A DNA stretch of 64,000 nt, from NCBI RefSeq assembly GCF_001194135.2, contig NC_069001.1:3281327-3345326 (forward strand), given 5' to 3'. The position numbers and the translations under genes were made by a program. This DNA comes from Octopus bimaculoides (taxonomy: Eukaryota). The first letter of the stretch is position 1. Every line of letters starts with the position of its first letter. This document shows positions 39,098 to 64,000 of this stretch, one piece after another. The notes under the pieces are model-generated. The model did no database searches. It was not told the DNA's origin and saw only the letters and a program-made list of their open reading frames with translations.

Positions 39098-40614
39098 ATT
39101 CACTGTTTAATATTTCAAGATATTTTTATGTAGTTTTGGTAAATATATCTGTTTAAAATGAGATGTCATACATATATATCATACATACTTCTGAAACACA
39201 CATCCACTTATATATGAACATGCATGCAAGTATACATGCTTACATAATTGTATGCATCCATACACACACACACACATCACTTGTTTGGAGGTATGACTTG
39301 GTAACATGTACTGTCATCATCATCATCATCATTTAACGTCCACTTTCCATGCTGGCATAGTGTTGGATGGTTTGACAGGAGCTAGCAAACTGGAAAGCTG
39401 CTCCAGACCCCATTGTCTGTTTTGGCATGATTTCTACAGCTGGGTGCCCTTCCTAACACCAGTCACCTTACAAAGTGTACTGGATGCTTTTCACATGGTA
39501 CCAGTACCAACAGATACAAAAAAAAAAGTTGTTTTAGGTACCTATGCAGGTGTGTACAGACATAGATACTCTCTTAATCTTCCATGTGGCACATTGAGGA
39601 TGTAACACCTAGAGAGTGAGTGAGAGTTGTATTAGCATGCAGCTGGTAATAATTTCCATATGAACTGACTGGAGGAGTAGGAAATGAAGTGTGTTGCTCA
39701 AAGAGTCAATGTGTCACCTCTGTATGTGTGTGTGTGTGAAGGTACGTGGCTTAGTGGTTAGGGTTATTGCACTCACATTCTAGCAATTGTGGTTCGATTC
39801 CTGGACTGAGTAATGCATTGTGCTTTTGAGCAGAACACTTCATTTCACATTGCTCCAGTCCACTCAACCATAACCCTGTGATGGGCTTCTGATTTGGGAT
39901 AATGTTGGCCTGCTCACCCAGCCAACAAATTTCACTCACAAGGTATTCATCTACCTGTGGCTATAGTAGAAAAACTTACCCAAGGTGTCGTGTTGGATAG
40001 AATGCCTTATGGTATTTAACTATCTGTAATCCAGGTTCAAATTCTGTTGAGGTCAATTTTATCTTTTATCCTTGCAGAGTTGTTAAAAAAAATACAAGCC
40101 TAGAGCAGAAGATTGACGGAATGATAAGAACGTCAGACCAGATGCCTTGCGTTGTTTGTTGCATCTCTTTACATTCTGAGTTCAAATCTCACCATGGCCA
40201 ACTTGGTGGTAGATTTAATCCATAGCCTGGTTTATCACATGCACCTGGACCCTTGGGTGCCTTTAGCAGAGCCCATTCCATTGCAAGTATTTGGGCCTGG
40301 TTTCTAGTTTGAGGGTTCATTCCTCCTTCTCTCACTAGTTTCAGAAGCCCTGCAAAGGGTCATTGTTTTCTCTTTAAAACAATAGCTCTCAACCATTTTT
40401 TTGCCTATGGACCTCATTGGTTCCTATTTTACTCTATGGGACCCCATAGCCATTTAAAAAATCCCATTATATTTTTATAATCAAATATCTTTTGGGAACA
40501 TTTTTTGGGGAAAAAACTACATATTTACCATCATAGGATAATTTTAATTATATGATAATTTAGATAAAATCTAAATTTTATCTCCATTTTCTTCATTTCT
40601 TTCATCAGCTTGTC

Positions 40615-53267
<12,653 letters not shown>

Positions 53268-53290
53268 CCTAATTTATATTGTTTGTTAGT

Positions 53291-53300
53291 AATAAATAAA
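53291..53300 (+). terminator. Candidate NDOR1 polyadenylation signal (AATAAATAAA)
   Basis: Overlapping AATAAA hexamers 24 nt after the stop codon; further AATAAA copies lie downstream. Confidence 0.4.
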
Positions 53301-53724
53301 CGAATGAGTAAACATTTAGTCTTTGATTAGGTCATTGTCATTACTTGAAGACCAAGACATCCCTGCTGCAAAAACAATGTCTCAATACATATTCATCCAA
53401 CCCATGCTAACGTAGAAAAGCTGATGTAAACTGAACAAACAAGTTATTATTATTGGTCATTCCTTAACAGTTTATTCATTAATCAGTGAAATCAATTTTA
53501 GTCTTGATTACTCATCACAATGAATAAGACAAATAAAAAGCATTGATTTTAATCAACAGATAAAACAATGAGCATATATTTGCTGTTTTCCATGTCAAAT
53601 AAATTTATTTTAGCTATCTGTTGTTACTGATAAACATCTAACTAATTAGTTTCCTCATTAATAAACTACAGATTTAAACAGTTGTTTGCAATACTAATTA
53701 AATTGGTCAGCTTTTTGCCAAGGA

Positions 53725-53910
53725 TTAACTCTTTAACATTTAATCCAACCATATCTGGCCCAAATATTTTACCTGTTTTATGTTCAAACTAACCAGATCC
53801 AGCCTCTCACGCCTACCCTACAATGTCATTCTAAAAATAAACAATCATATCGTCAAAATCTTGAAGCTACAAGAGAATACATGATAAATTCAAAACAATG
53901 TAAATAAATG
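53725..53910. mobile_element. TTAA-started MITE-like repeat, partial
   Basis: Begins TTAACTCTTTAACATT and shares the CCAGATCC..CCTCTCAC..CAATGTCATTCTAAAAATAA core with 1172-1710. Confidence 0.55.
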
Positions 53911-55829
53911 AGGATGTAATCAAACCAACATTGATTGTCAAATGATAGGAAGTGGGGGAAGTAGCACAAAGGCACATGCACACACACACACACACACACA
54001 CACACGTATATATATATATATATATATATATATGACAAGCTTCCACACAGCATCTACCAAATTCATTCACAAAGCATTGGTCAGCCTTGGGCTATAGCAG
54101 AAGACACTTGCCCAAGGTGCTGCAAAGTGGGATTGAACCCCAAACCACATACATGCTTGCAAAGCGAGCGTCTTAACCACACAGCCATGCCTGTGTCTAT
54201 GTAGGAGAAGAAAAAAAAGCTTGAAATCAACCAGTCTAGTACAACTGCTAATATTTGACTTTAGTTCTTTACACTTTCAACATAAATTACTGTTCCTCAT
54301 TTGAGACACATATGCACATACACACCACACAGATACACATTCACACACATGTGCACATAAACTACATCCATATTTGCTTCTGCTGGTATTACTGCTACAC
54401 ACACCAGCATCCTTGGCCAAAATCTCACAAAAGAGTACCTGACTGACTGGCATGGGGTCACTCACCAACACACTCCCACCTCTTTGGTACACAGGCATGC
54501 TGTCTCCTCACCCTGCTTCTTCTATTGCTACTACAGTAGTTTCGGCTCTTTTGGAGCTAACTGATTTATGTCACCATTTCCATTCAAGCTTTCTCGACTC
54601 ATCCTTCTGTCCTCTTTTCGTATCACTCCACTAAACCACCCACAAGCCTTGAACTAAACCACTTTCTCATTCCTTCCACCCAAGAACATCCCTGCTCATC
54701 CTTTAAGTCCTTTCACTCTCAGCAACAATAAACTAAGTCTTCTCCCTCTCTGTTTACTACAATAAACTCACCCCTTTAAGTTTTCTCTCTTGGTTACAAT
54801 CGAAAATTAGAGAGGAAAATGTAGGGAGCTAAGGTCATTCCATGTAGGTATGCCCTTCACTCTAAAAAAATATTACTCTACAGTTAAAGGGTGATAGATA
54901 GAGAGAGACTGGTTAATTAGCAATATTAATGATGAAGTTATCTCAATTCCATATTTTTCAATAAAACTCTTATCGAAAGTCCGAAATAAGAGTTCTTTTT
55001 TAACATCTTCTCCATCAAAAGATGTGAACTTGTTAAAATAAAAATATGGCATAAACATTCACATATATAATGCTTAGTGGCAGATGTTGGCCCCATGATG
55101 AGATGTGGATTGTTGCCTAGATGTCATCATCATTGTTTTAATATTCACTTTTCCATGCTTGCACAGGTCAGATGGAATTTGTTTCCAGGTAAGGTGATAT
55201 TTCTCCATGATTAGACATGTTTTCACAGAAGGTTGAAAATGATGGACACCATATGCATGATGGGAAATTACAAGTATGACATGAAGTAGCGGCAAAGAGA
55301 TAGGAACACACACACATACATGCATACATATGTAAGCAAGCATGCACACATGCCTATATATATATATATACATGACAGGCTTCTTTCAGTTTTCATCTAC
55401 CAATTCCACTCAAAAGGCTTTGGTCAACCATGAAAAGGAATGAAGAAGGATTAATGAATTGGGATTCTATGATGCAGATGATCTAGCCATTTGTGACACT
55501 AACTATAAGAAACCAACCATCCACCTGATCCCCTACCACTTAGGTGAATATACAAACCAGAAAGATTTCATACTCACCAGAAAATTTGACGAATGGTTGT
55601 GAAGAACATACTGCTTAACATAAACTTATTATCAGTGACATCAGAATAAAATCAAGATAGACTCAGAAATATATTTCTGACAATATGGAGAAGGAAGGTA
55701 TGGAAGTTGAATGATGCCATCAGTTAAATGGAAATTGAAAGAAAATATTAGGTGATGCCAAAGACAAGAAGGAAGAAGAAGTGTAGGGTTTATAGATACA
55801 GAAAGTCATTTGGAGTTTCTTGAAGGCAT

Positions 55830-56139
55830 TTTACTGCAAGCAACAGACTAGACTGGAGCAAGATTCCAGTTAAGCAGGAGTTAATATTCTTGTGAAATGG
55901 CAGAGTAGACAGAGCCACAAAGGAGCTTAATTCTCAGTTCCCCCTGTGTCTACAATACAGGAGTTCACAATTAGTTGTTTATGGGAATTTCTGTATGCTG
56001 ATAACCTAATTCTCAAGCTGCAAACATGGAAGCAGAGCCTAGAATTGACAGGCACCAAAGTAAATCTAGCAATGACAAAAGCTTTAGTTAACAGGAAACA
56101 AAACTCTGCTGTCAACTAGGAAGTGCCTATGCTTGATAT

Positions 56140-56180
<41 letters not shown>

Positions 56181-57110
56181 AAGATTTTATACAGTCTGTC
56201 CAATGTAAATTATGGGTATATATGAGATGTAGTGGGATCACAGGCATGATAAGAGAGAAGGAAGACTTCATATGTGGCAGTTGCACATAGAACTGAGCAT
56301 GGCAAGGAAGTGGCCCACCCTGGGCAATTCTTTTTACAGAGTAGTACTTTTGGGTTTATTGTATAAGCCTATATAAGGCTTAGGGGCCTGAGGTGGTGGG
56401 CTAACTCGGGGACTATTCCAGGTGGTTCACACCCTTGTTATGTCACTGGATACACAGGAATAATTAGCAGGAAGAGCACCATTGAAATATATTCTTTCAA
56501 ATGCTTGGAAGGTTCCATAGAAGTAGTTGATGGCTTATGGCTTAATCAGCAATGGAAGTTGGAGGGTGGGTGTTATGAAAGGATAATAGTGAAAGTAAGA
56601 ATGAAGTGGAGAAGGCTGGCTCAGTAAGCTGTTACCTCTGCTGGTAAAAAATGGTTCTGTCTCTAAATGAAGGGTAGATTGCATGATGCTTGTGTACAAA
56701 GCGCAATGTTGCATGATAGTAAAACATGAAATGAACAGGATGTGCAAAGACTGGAAAGAAAAGTGGACATGCTCTGTTGCATGTGTAATGTTAGTATGCA
56801 TGAATGACAAGGCACAGATAGGTTTAGAGATAAACTGAATATAAGAAGAAATAGATGTAGTGTGCAAGAGATATGACTGAACTGGTATGGACACGTGATG
56901 TATACAAAGGATAACAGACAGTTATGTGAAAGGAGTGCTAAATGATCCCAGTGGAAGAAACCTGTGGAAAAGGAAGACATGGAAAGAAAAGTCTGACCTC
57001 ACGAGACTGGAACTTACCAAAAAGAGATGGCAAGTGACATGACCCTGTGCTGAAGAAGATCCACTGAACCAATGAAAGCATGGAAAAGTCGACATAAAAT
57101 GATGATGGTG
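55830..57110 (+). mobile_element. Decayed RTE-type LINE, 3' ~1.3 kb
   Basis: Relic frames include WKQSLELTGTKVNLAMTK, KGRLHDACVQSAMLH and WYGHVM. The element ends in an (ATG)n-like tail and is interrupted by a poly-A run at 56142-56177. Confidence 0.75.
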
Positions 57111-58409
57111 ATGCTGTTGCTGTCACTGATGATGAGGATGATGGTGACTCTGCTTCTGCCGACAATAAGGTTTTTGAAGCTTTGATTGTAATTCCTTTTT
57201 ATCTTGCTAATGCCTTTTGGAAAACGCATGAATGTTGCAACTTAAAACTCAGACAAGGCATTTTAAGAAAGGCAATAAACAAAAAAATATATTATCATTA
57301 CAATTTTCAATAACATCAAACGAGAAGGTAAATTTAAATCTTCCAAGATGTCAAATTATGAAATCAAACCAACTGACACATACAAACTTTGAATTTTATG
57401 AAAATCAATATTTTTCATCCATCAAAGACAATCTAAAATGTCAAGTTTAGAACTTCAAACAACACACTACCATCACTAGCTCCTCAATTTAACATTTCTG
57501 TGTTATAATGGCAAAGAGGGACAGGACATATTTTCCTACAAGCTTGAAGTATTCAACTATATAATTACTGAATCATGAAGCTAAGCTTTTGGTTTGATTT
57601 CATGAAGGGAAGCCATTTTAATTTGTCTTCTCTTTTTTTTCAAGCTGCTCCATTAGATGAAGCAAACATACTGGAGTATGAGGGCAGGAAGCAGTATTGT
57701 TCCTCTACTAGATTAAATGGATATACTAAAGGAGAGGGAAAGAATGAAAAAGAGGGTTAATAATGTTCCTCCACTATAGGAAAGAAACATACTGGAGGAC
57801 AGAGCAACATGACAATGTCATTCATCCACCATAAGCAGACATGTTGGAGGATGAAGTAAAAAAAAAAGTCATTATTTTCTCAAAATATTAATCAGACATG
57901 TTGGAGAAGAAGAATTAGCAGTGTTATTCTCTTACTAAATTACACATCCATACTGGAGGATAAAGAATCAAGGCAGTGTCATTCTTCCATTTATACGTTT
58001 ATATTTTGGAGGACAGACTACTTTCAAACAGCATATTTTCATCAATATCATAACAGCAACCATCTCACTGAACATGTTTTACATGTTTCAATTCATTGAG
58101 AATTAATTATTACCAGAAGTATTCTATTCATTAGAAATTAATTAACTGGGACTATCAGCATGAGTGCAACAGGAATGACATTTCAGTCTGAACTAAATCC
58201 CTGGTAGGTGGAGTGATTGTATTAATATATGAACGTTGTATCATGAAGTGCTGGGCTTAAGTTTTCTATAGTAACAAATTGTGCCACCTCTTACATGTCT
58301 ACAAGGATTTGTCCCACCATGGATTAGACTAATCCAACCTGGTCTTCAATCTCTAAAACAAATTACAAAGAGCAGAAGCTAGATCGGTTCACATTATCAT
58401 AGCTAACAC

Positions 58410-58640
58410 ACACCACACACAAGACTACACTCATGGACCACACTCACAGACCATGTTCATGGATCACATTGACAGACCTTGCTCACAGAACACACTCACA
58501 TACAATGCTCACAGGCCAAATTGTCAGAACATAGTCCAATACTATACTCACAGACCACACTCATGGATGACATTGATGGCCCATACTCACAGACCACACT
58601 CAGATAATACACTCACAAACTGCACTCACAGACCATCTAA
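58410..58640. repeat. Degenerate ~13-bp minisatellite (CACACTCACAGAC)
   Basis: The motif recurs many times with variants. Confidence 0.75.
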
Positions 58641-60112
58641 ACAATGAAGCAAAAATACCTAAAATGAAAGACCTTCAATATTGTTCATGTCAATAGTGGT
58701 GATGATTTGGTCACGGTCTTGAGATTGATCAGCCCTAAGATAAAAGGCACTCCAGCCATAACCATCCCATCTTTTTAGAGAGTAGGACTAAATCTTTTTA
58801 AGATGCTAGGGTATAATTTGAAGGAAATTTGGCTCTTTGGTTTGCTAACACTGGTATACTTGTACCAGGACCAAATGGGGCATACCTATACCTGTATGTC
58901 TCACCTCAAAAAAAAAAAAGAAATTTGTTTCCTCATAATTTTTGAAAAAATAGGTTTCTTTAAGTGAGTTACTACAAATATCATTCAGATGGTGTAGATT
59001 CCAATTATATCTGAATTTGTGGTAGAAAAATGTTTTCAGACGGGTGGTGGGAAGAGGAGTTTCAGTCAAATTCACACAAGCTGACAATATCTTTCAAACG
59101 GTGTAGATTATGGTTAATCAGAATTTCACATGAAAAAAACTGATGGGTGCACACACACACACTGATACACACAACATACATTGTCTGAGAAGTATTTGAA
59201 GAAAATTTCATTGAAAAATACCTATTTTTGTCTATGTCATGAGGAAACAAAGTCAAGGGAGGCATACTTGTGTAGGTATGTCTCAAATGGCATACATTTT
59301 TCACAAAATATAAAATACAAAATATTGTAGAGTCTTTTTTGTTTTTTTTCATAATCTCTGCACCATTATTTTAGTACAGGAACTGGATATGAAAGAATCA
59401 TATTCTGAAACTCCAAGAGTGATAATATCATAAAAACAACTGAATCACATTTCCAACCCCATAAAAAAAAAATTAAAAAAACGAAAAACAAAACAAAAAA
59501 AACTGGTGAACATCCATCATAGATGAAAGTCTTTCTTGGAGTAGACAGCTATTCGAAATTCTATAAAAAAAAAAAAAAATGAAACTGAGTTGGTAGTGCC
59601 TTTTGTCATGGGCCTTTGTTGGAGATGAAAACCTGAAAGATAATTGATTTTCAATAAATTTCTTGTAAGAAACGGAAGAATTTCTGCAGCAAAAGAATCA
59701 ATGTTAAAGTGCAATGATAATGATAATCCTGACCGGCATTGAATGAGAATAGCAGAGACAATAGAGTACTGGACAAAATTTTTTGCAGTACAGTATTTAG
59801 TTCTGAGTTCAAATCCTGCCAGTGGCGACTTACCCTTTCCTCCTTCTTGGGTCAAGTAAAAAAAATGTGTCTCTAATTTACTATGGCTGATTGTGTCAAC
59901 ACATCCCCACACCTACAGTGTGGTTTGTAGCCTTGTATTAATGTAAGAAATCAATATTAGCTTCACTGTGGTTGTTGTTCCTTAGCCCTAGATCAACACT
60001 GTTCCAGTAAATAAGCAGTGGAATCAATTCAATATGATGACTGAAATGTTTGGAGATGGTGTTTCAGCATGACCACAAACTAATTACTAATTACAACCAC
60101 TATACTTTAAGC

Positions 60113-60760
60113 CTATACTTTGATCCAAATCTGAAATGATTTGAGATCAAAAGGGATCCTACTTCAAAAGTGATCCAAGATCAATAGCAACCTATGATCA
60201 AAATTAATAAAAGATCAAATGTAATCCAAAATTAAAATTGAAGCCATTTGAATCATAATCACATGTACATACATGCAACACACGGGTATAGACATTGTAT
60301 AAGTTTTCAACTCACATCTTGAAGGATGTTCAACTTATGTTTCAATTTGTTGAGGACTCCTTCTGACTGCTGCTTTGTTGAATCAAGCACATCAAAATGG
60401 TGGTGCATCTTTTGTTGTAATTGCATCTGCAAATAAATACAATAGATTTTTTTTCTTCTCACAAATTGTTTAGTAATAATACAACCCCTATGCTCTCTGA
60501 GCTTATTTTAAATCTATACTTTGATCCAAATCTGAAGTGATTCAAGATCAGAAGTTTATTGATGATAAATATGATCCTAGATCAAAACGGAACCTACATC
60601 AAAAGGTAATCCAAGGTAAAAAAAAAAATCCTAATCCAAAGTAATAAAAGATCAGATGTAATCCAAAATCAAACTTGATCCTAGATCAAAATATTGCAAA
60701 ACAAGAAGTAATCCAAGATCAAAAGTAATTTTTGATAGAAATTGATCAAAGATTAGAAGT
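60113..60760. repeat. Two copies of a GATC-rich degenerate repeat flanking a CNTRL exon
   Basis: CTATACTTTGATCCAAATCTGAA occurs at 60113 and 60514, each followed by GATCAAAA/TAATCCAA subunits. Confidence 0.75.
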
Positions 60761-62347
60761 GACGGGTTACAAAATAAGTTGTGAGATGGATTAATCACAG
60801 ATTAAATTAGGAATGAAAGACATTACTAACCCTAACATGATCCTGTTCTTCTATGAGTTTCTCTTTCAGGGCCTCACGACGCCATTCCTCATCGTTGTAA
60901 CGTATTATGTTCTCAAGATTCTCTTTCTCTGGTTGGTGTTCCAGAAACAGTTGCTGCAAAAAGATGCATCCAATTATCATTCCATATCAACACTCACACC
61001 ATTTTACCTTTATACACTCACACATACATCTTTTTACCTTTGTATACACACACACACACACAAACTCATCCACATTTTCTCATGCTCACACATTTTTCTA
61101 CTTTTATACACATATGATCAGTTATTGTTATTCTACAAATCCAAGTAAGAATCCTCTTCTCCTTCATTTGTGGATCTTTGGATGTTTCTAGCCCCAATCC
61201 TCAATGTACAGCTTCAGTCACAGACAGGATAGCTTTTATCTTTTGTCTTGTACTCGTTTCAGCCATTAGACTGTGGCCATGCTGGGGCACTGCCTTGAGG
61301 AATTTTAGCCAAATGAATCAACCCCAGCACTTCTTTTTTAAAGCTGGGTACTTATTCTATTGGTCTCTTTTGCCAAACTGCTAAGTTATGCGGGGGTTAA
61401 CACACCAACAATCATTGTCACGCATTCTTTCTTTTGAAAACAGCCATAGTCACAGAGCTACTCCTCATAATGCAATTCTTGACTATAAATGTTGTTGTTG
61501 TTTAGAGCAGGTGAGCCATGACCAACTAGTTGGTGGTGCATGACTTAATATTTTTGATATGAAATTATCCTAAAGACAGGTGACTACCACAGAGAAAGAG
61601 AGAAAGAGGGACATTGCAGATTGGTTCCACTTGCCAGCTGAAGTAATTTCAGTTGAGTTATGTGGCTAATTTCATGAGAAAGGCATGAATGTTGCAGCAT
61701 TCCCTTCCTACTCTATATCGGTTAGTCCACATTACTCTGGTTTCTCTGGCCTATATATTCCTGCTGGACAGGACACTGGTCCATTGCAGGATTACTCATT
61801 TTTAAATGAGTGGACTGGTGTAACATGAAATGAAGTATTTTGCTCAAGAACACAATGTATCACCTGGTTCAGGGATTGAAACCACAATCTGGCAATCGTG
61901 AGTCCAACACCCTAACTACTAAGCTATGCACCTCCAGTCCCACACTATATATTATATAAAATATGGTGTCCTTTTATATCTCGTCAAAAATTAGTTCCTC
62001 TAAACCCATGTAAAGCAGTTAATCTTACCCGAGTAATATCTTTCTTGAGTTCATTGAGATGTAATTCTAGAGAAGATTTTTGTTCATTCAAAAGTTTTAC
62101 ATCAATTTTCAACTCATTTTTCAGTTGTTCAACATCTTTGATTTCAGTTGAGTGTTTCTGAAAAAAAAAAAAAAAAAAAATTCAAGAACATGTTTGATCA
62201 AGGAAAAATATTATCTTGCTTGGAAACAGGTGAGCGTTGGCAACAGAAAAGGCATCTGGCCATAGAAAAACTGCCTTAATAAACCCTGTCTGACCCATGC
62301 AAGCAAGGGAAAGTGGATGTTAAAATGACAACAATGACGACGATGAA

Positions 62348-62396
<49 letters not shown>

Positions 62397-63101
62397 TGTG
62401 TTGATATCATAACTGAGAAAGTAAAATTTACTTGAAAGATTCCAATTTTATTTCTGAGTTCCTGTAGTTGGTGCTCTGCCTCCTTTATTTCATTCATCAT
62501 GGAGTCTAACTTCTCTCTTGCTTCAGAATTGCTCTGGAATAGAGGAGAAAATAAATAATGTAAGCACGACAGAGGAAAGAAGGAATGAAATACATAATGC
62601 AAGTATACATACACACATACATTGTTTTACTGGATTCAATCACTGCATTATTGCCATGCTGGGGCAACACATTTGAGAGCTTTTGTCAATCACATCTACC
62701 ACATTACTTATTTCAGTTTGAAACCTGTTTTATTGATCTCTGTTTGTTAAACTGCCAAGTCATAGGAAAATAAAGCGACACAAAGAAAACAAGAGAGTAA
62801 ACATACATGCACACACACATAACAATATATACATACAATCAATTTACATAAAGCTAGAAAGATGTACGAAGGGGTGTTGAAAAGTCTCTGGCTTTGGGTT
62901 AAAAGAAAATACAGAAGGATCAGTTTATTATGATTTTTATTCAACGTATTACCTTCTCAGATTCACACACTTGCAGCAGTCCTTTAGTTTTTCTAAGCCT
63001 TGTAAAACAACTGGGAAATTTGTGCCTCCAGCCAGGCCTTTCCCAATACCCTTAAAGCCAGGAACTTTTCAGCACCCCCTTGTACAAATATAGAAATACA
63101 A

Positions 63102-63145
<44 letters not shown>

Positions 63146-63356
63146 TAAATATANNNNNNNNNNNNNNNNNNNNNNNNNNNNNNNNNNNNNNNNNNNNNNN
63201 NNNNNNNNNNNNNNNNNNNNNNNNNNNNNNNNNNNNNNNNNNNNNNNNNNNNNNNNNNNNNNNNNNNNNNNNNNNNNNNNNNNNNNNNNNNNNNNNNNNN
63301 NNNNNNNNNNNNNNNNNNNNNNNNNNNNNNNNNNNNNNNNNNNNNNNNNNNNNNNN

Positions 63357-63424
<68 letters not shown>

Positions 63425-63777
63425 ATTGTATGCGTGTGTATACTTACATACATGTATACACACATAAGTAGATATATATCAACATATGCTTCAGAGATTC
63501 ACACAAATATATCAATAGTGGATGATGATTGTGTGTGTGGGTGTGTGTGCACATATGTGTTTGCGTAAGTGTGTGCACTTTTGGTTACCATAGAAATTTT
63601 TTCCATTTCCGTAGTCTTCTCCTCAAAAGAGTAAGTCAATTGTTCCAGCTGTTTCTGCAACACTTTGACCTGATTTTGTTGATTACAACGAAGAATTCTT
63701 TGTTGTTTAATCTCAGAGGTTAAATGGTCAAGAATCACCTGAGAATCAATATTTGCTGAATTGATCTGTTCAGATTT
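60316..63777 (-). CDS. CNTRL: Centriolin (CEP110)-like coiled-coil protein, C-terminal exons, partial
   Basis: Phase-0 exons 63589-63777, 62432-62533, 62029-62157, 60837-60953 and 60316-60426, all GT-AG and stop-free. NDEEWRREALKEKL...KQQSEGVLNKLKHKLNILQD matches the recalled human centriolin C-terminus (DEHWRGEALREKL...KRQTEGTLHSLRRQVDALGE). No 5' exons were found in the window and the terminal exon is unresolved. Confidence 0.8.
62867..63082. mobile_element. Mariner-derived MITE, copy 2 (opposite orientation, CNTRL intron)
   Basis: Same TIRs and TA flanks; the internal sequence is the diverged reverse complement of 46436-46653. Confidence 0.8.
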
Positions 63778-64000
63778 CTGTAAGATATAGAAATAAAGAT
63801 ATAGAATTATTTGTGTTTTATGTCAGCTATACAAACAATCACCATTTATTCATTGTTACAGTGATACTGAGAGATTGTTTCAAAATACAGGAATTACATT
63901 GTAAACTGCATTGAAAATTTTTAAATAAAAGAAAACAACAGAAAGAAAGAATAAAGAGAAACAAAGACAAAAGGCAGACTTATTTTGGGTCATCACATCA

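Overview
AT-rich, microsatellite-dense animal genomic scaffold with ten N-gaps. The SINE and LINE families look like those of Octopus; this is inferred from recalled repeats, not from a database search. Four protein-coding genes were reconstructed by hand from GT-AG splice sites and continuous reading frame. (1) An ABHD14-like alpha/beta hydrolase on + (4 coding exons, 9414-13272, 280 aa). (2) TMEM203 on - (uninterrupted CDS 23322-23729, 135 aa). (3) NDOR1 on + (15 coding exons, 40615-53267, 586 aa). (4) The C-terminal part of centriolin/CNTRL on - (5 exons, 60316-63777; the gene probably continues beyond the window and its last exon is unresolved). The remainder is tRNA-derived SINEs of at least three families, decayed RTE-type LINEs, Tc1/mariner relics (DD37D and mariner-type), hAT and TTAA-type MITEs, and micro/minisatellites. 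No CRISPR array, rRNA or true tRNA gene was seen. The most notable observation is that TMEM203 and NDOR1 are divergently oriented, as in human. Two strong oppositely facing splice donors at 37045 and 37411 suggest a shared bidirectional promoter. No wholly novel biological system could be supported from the sequence alone.
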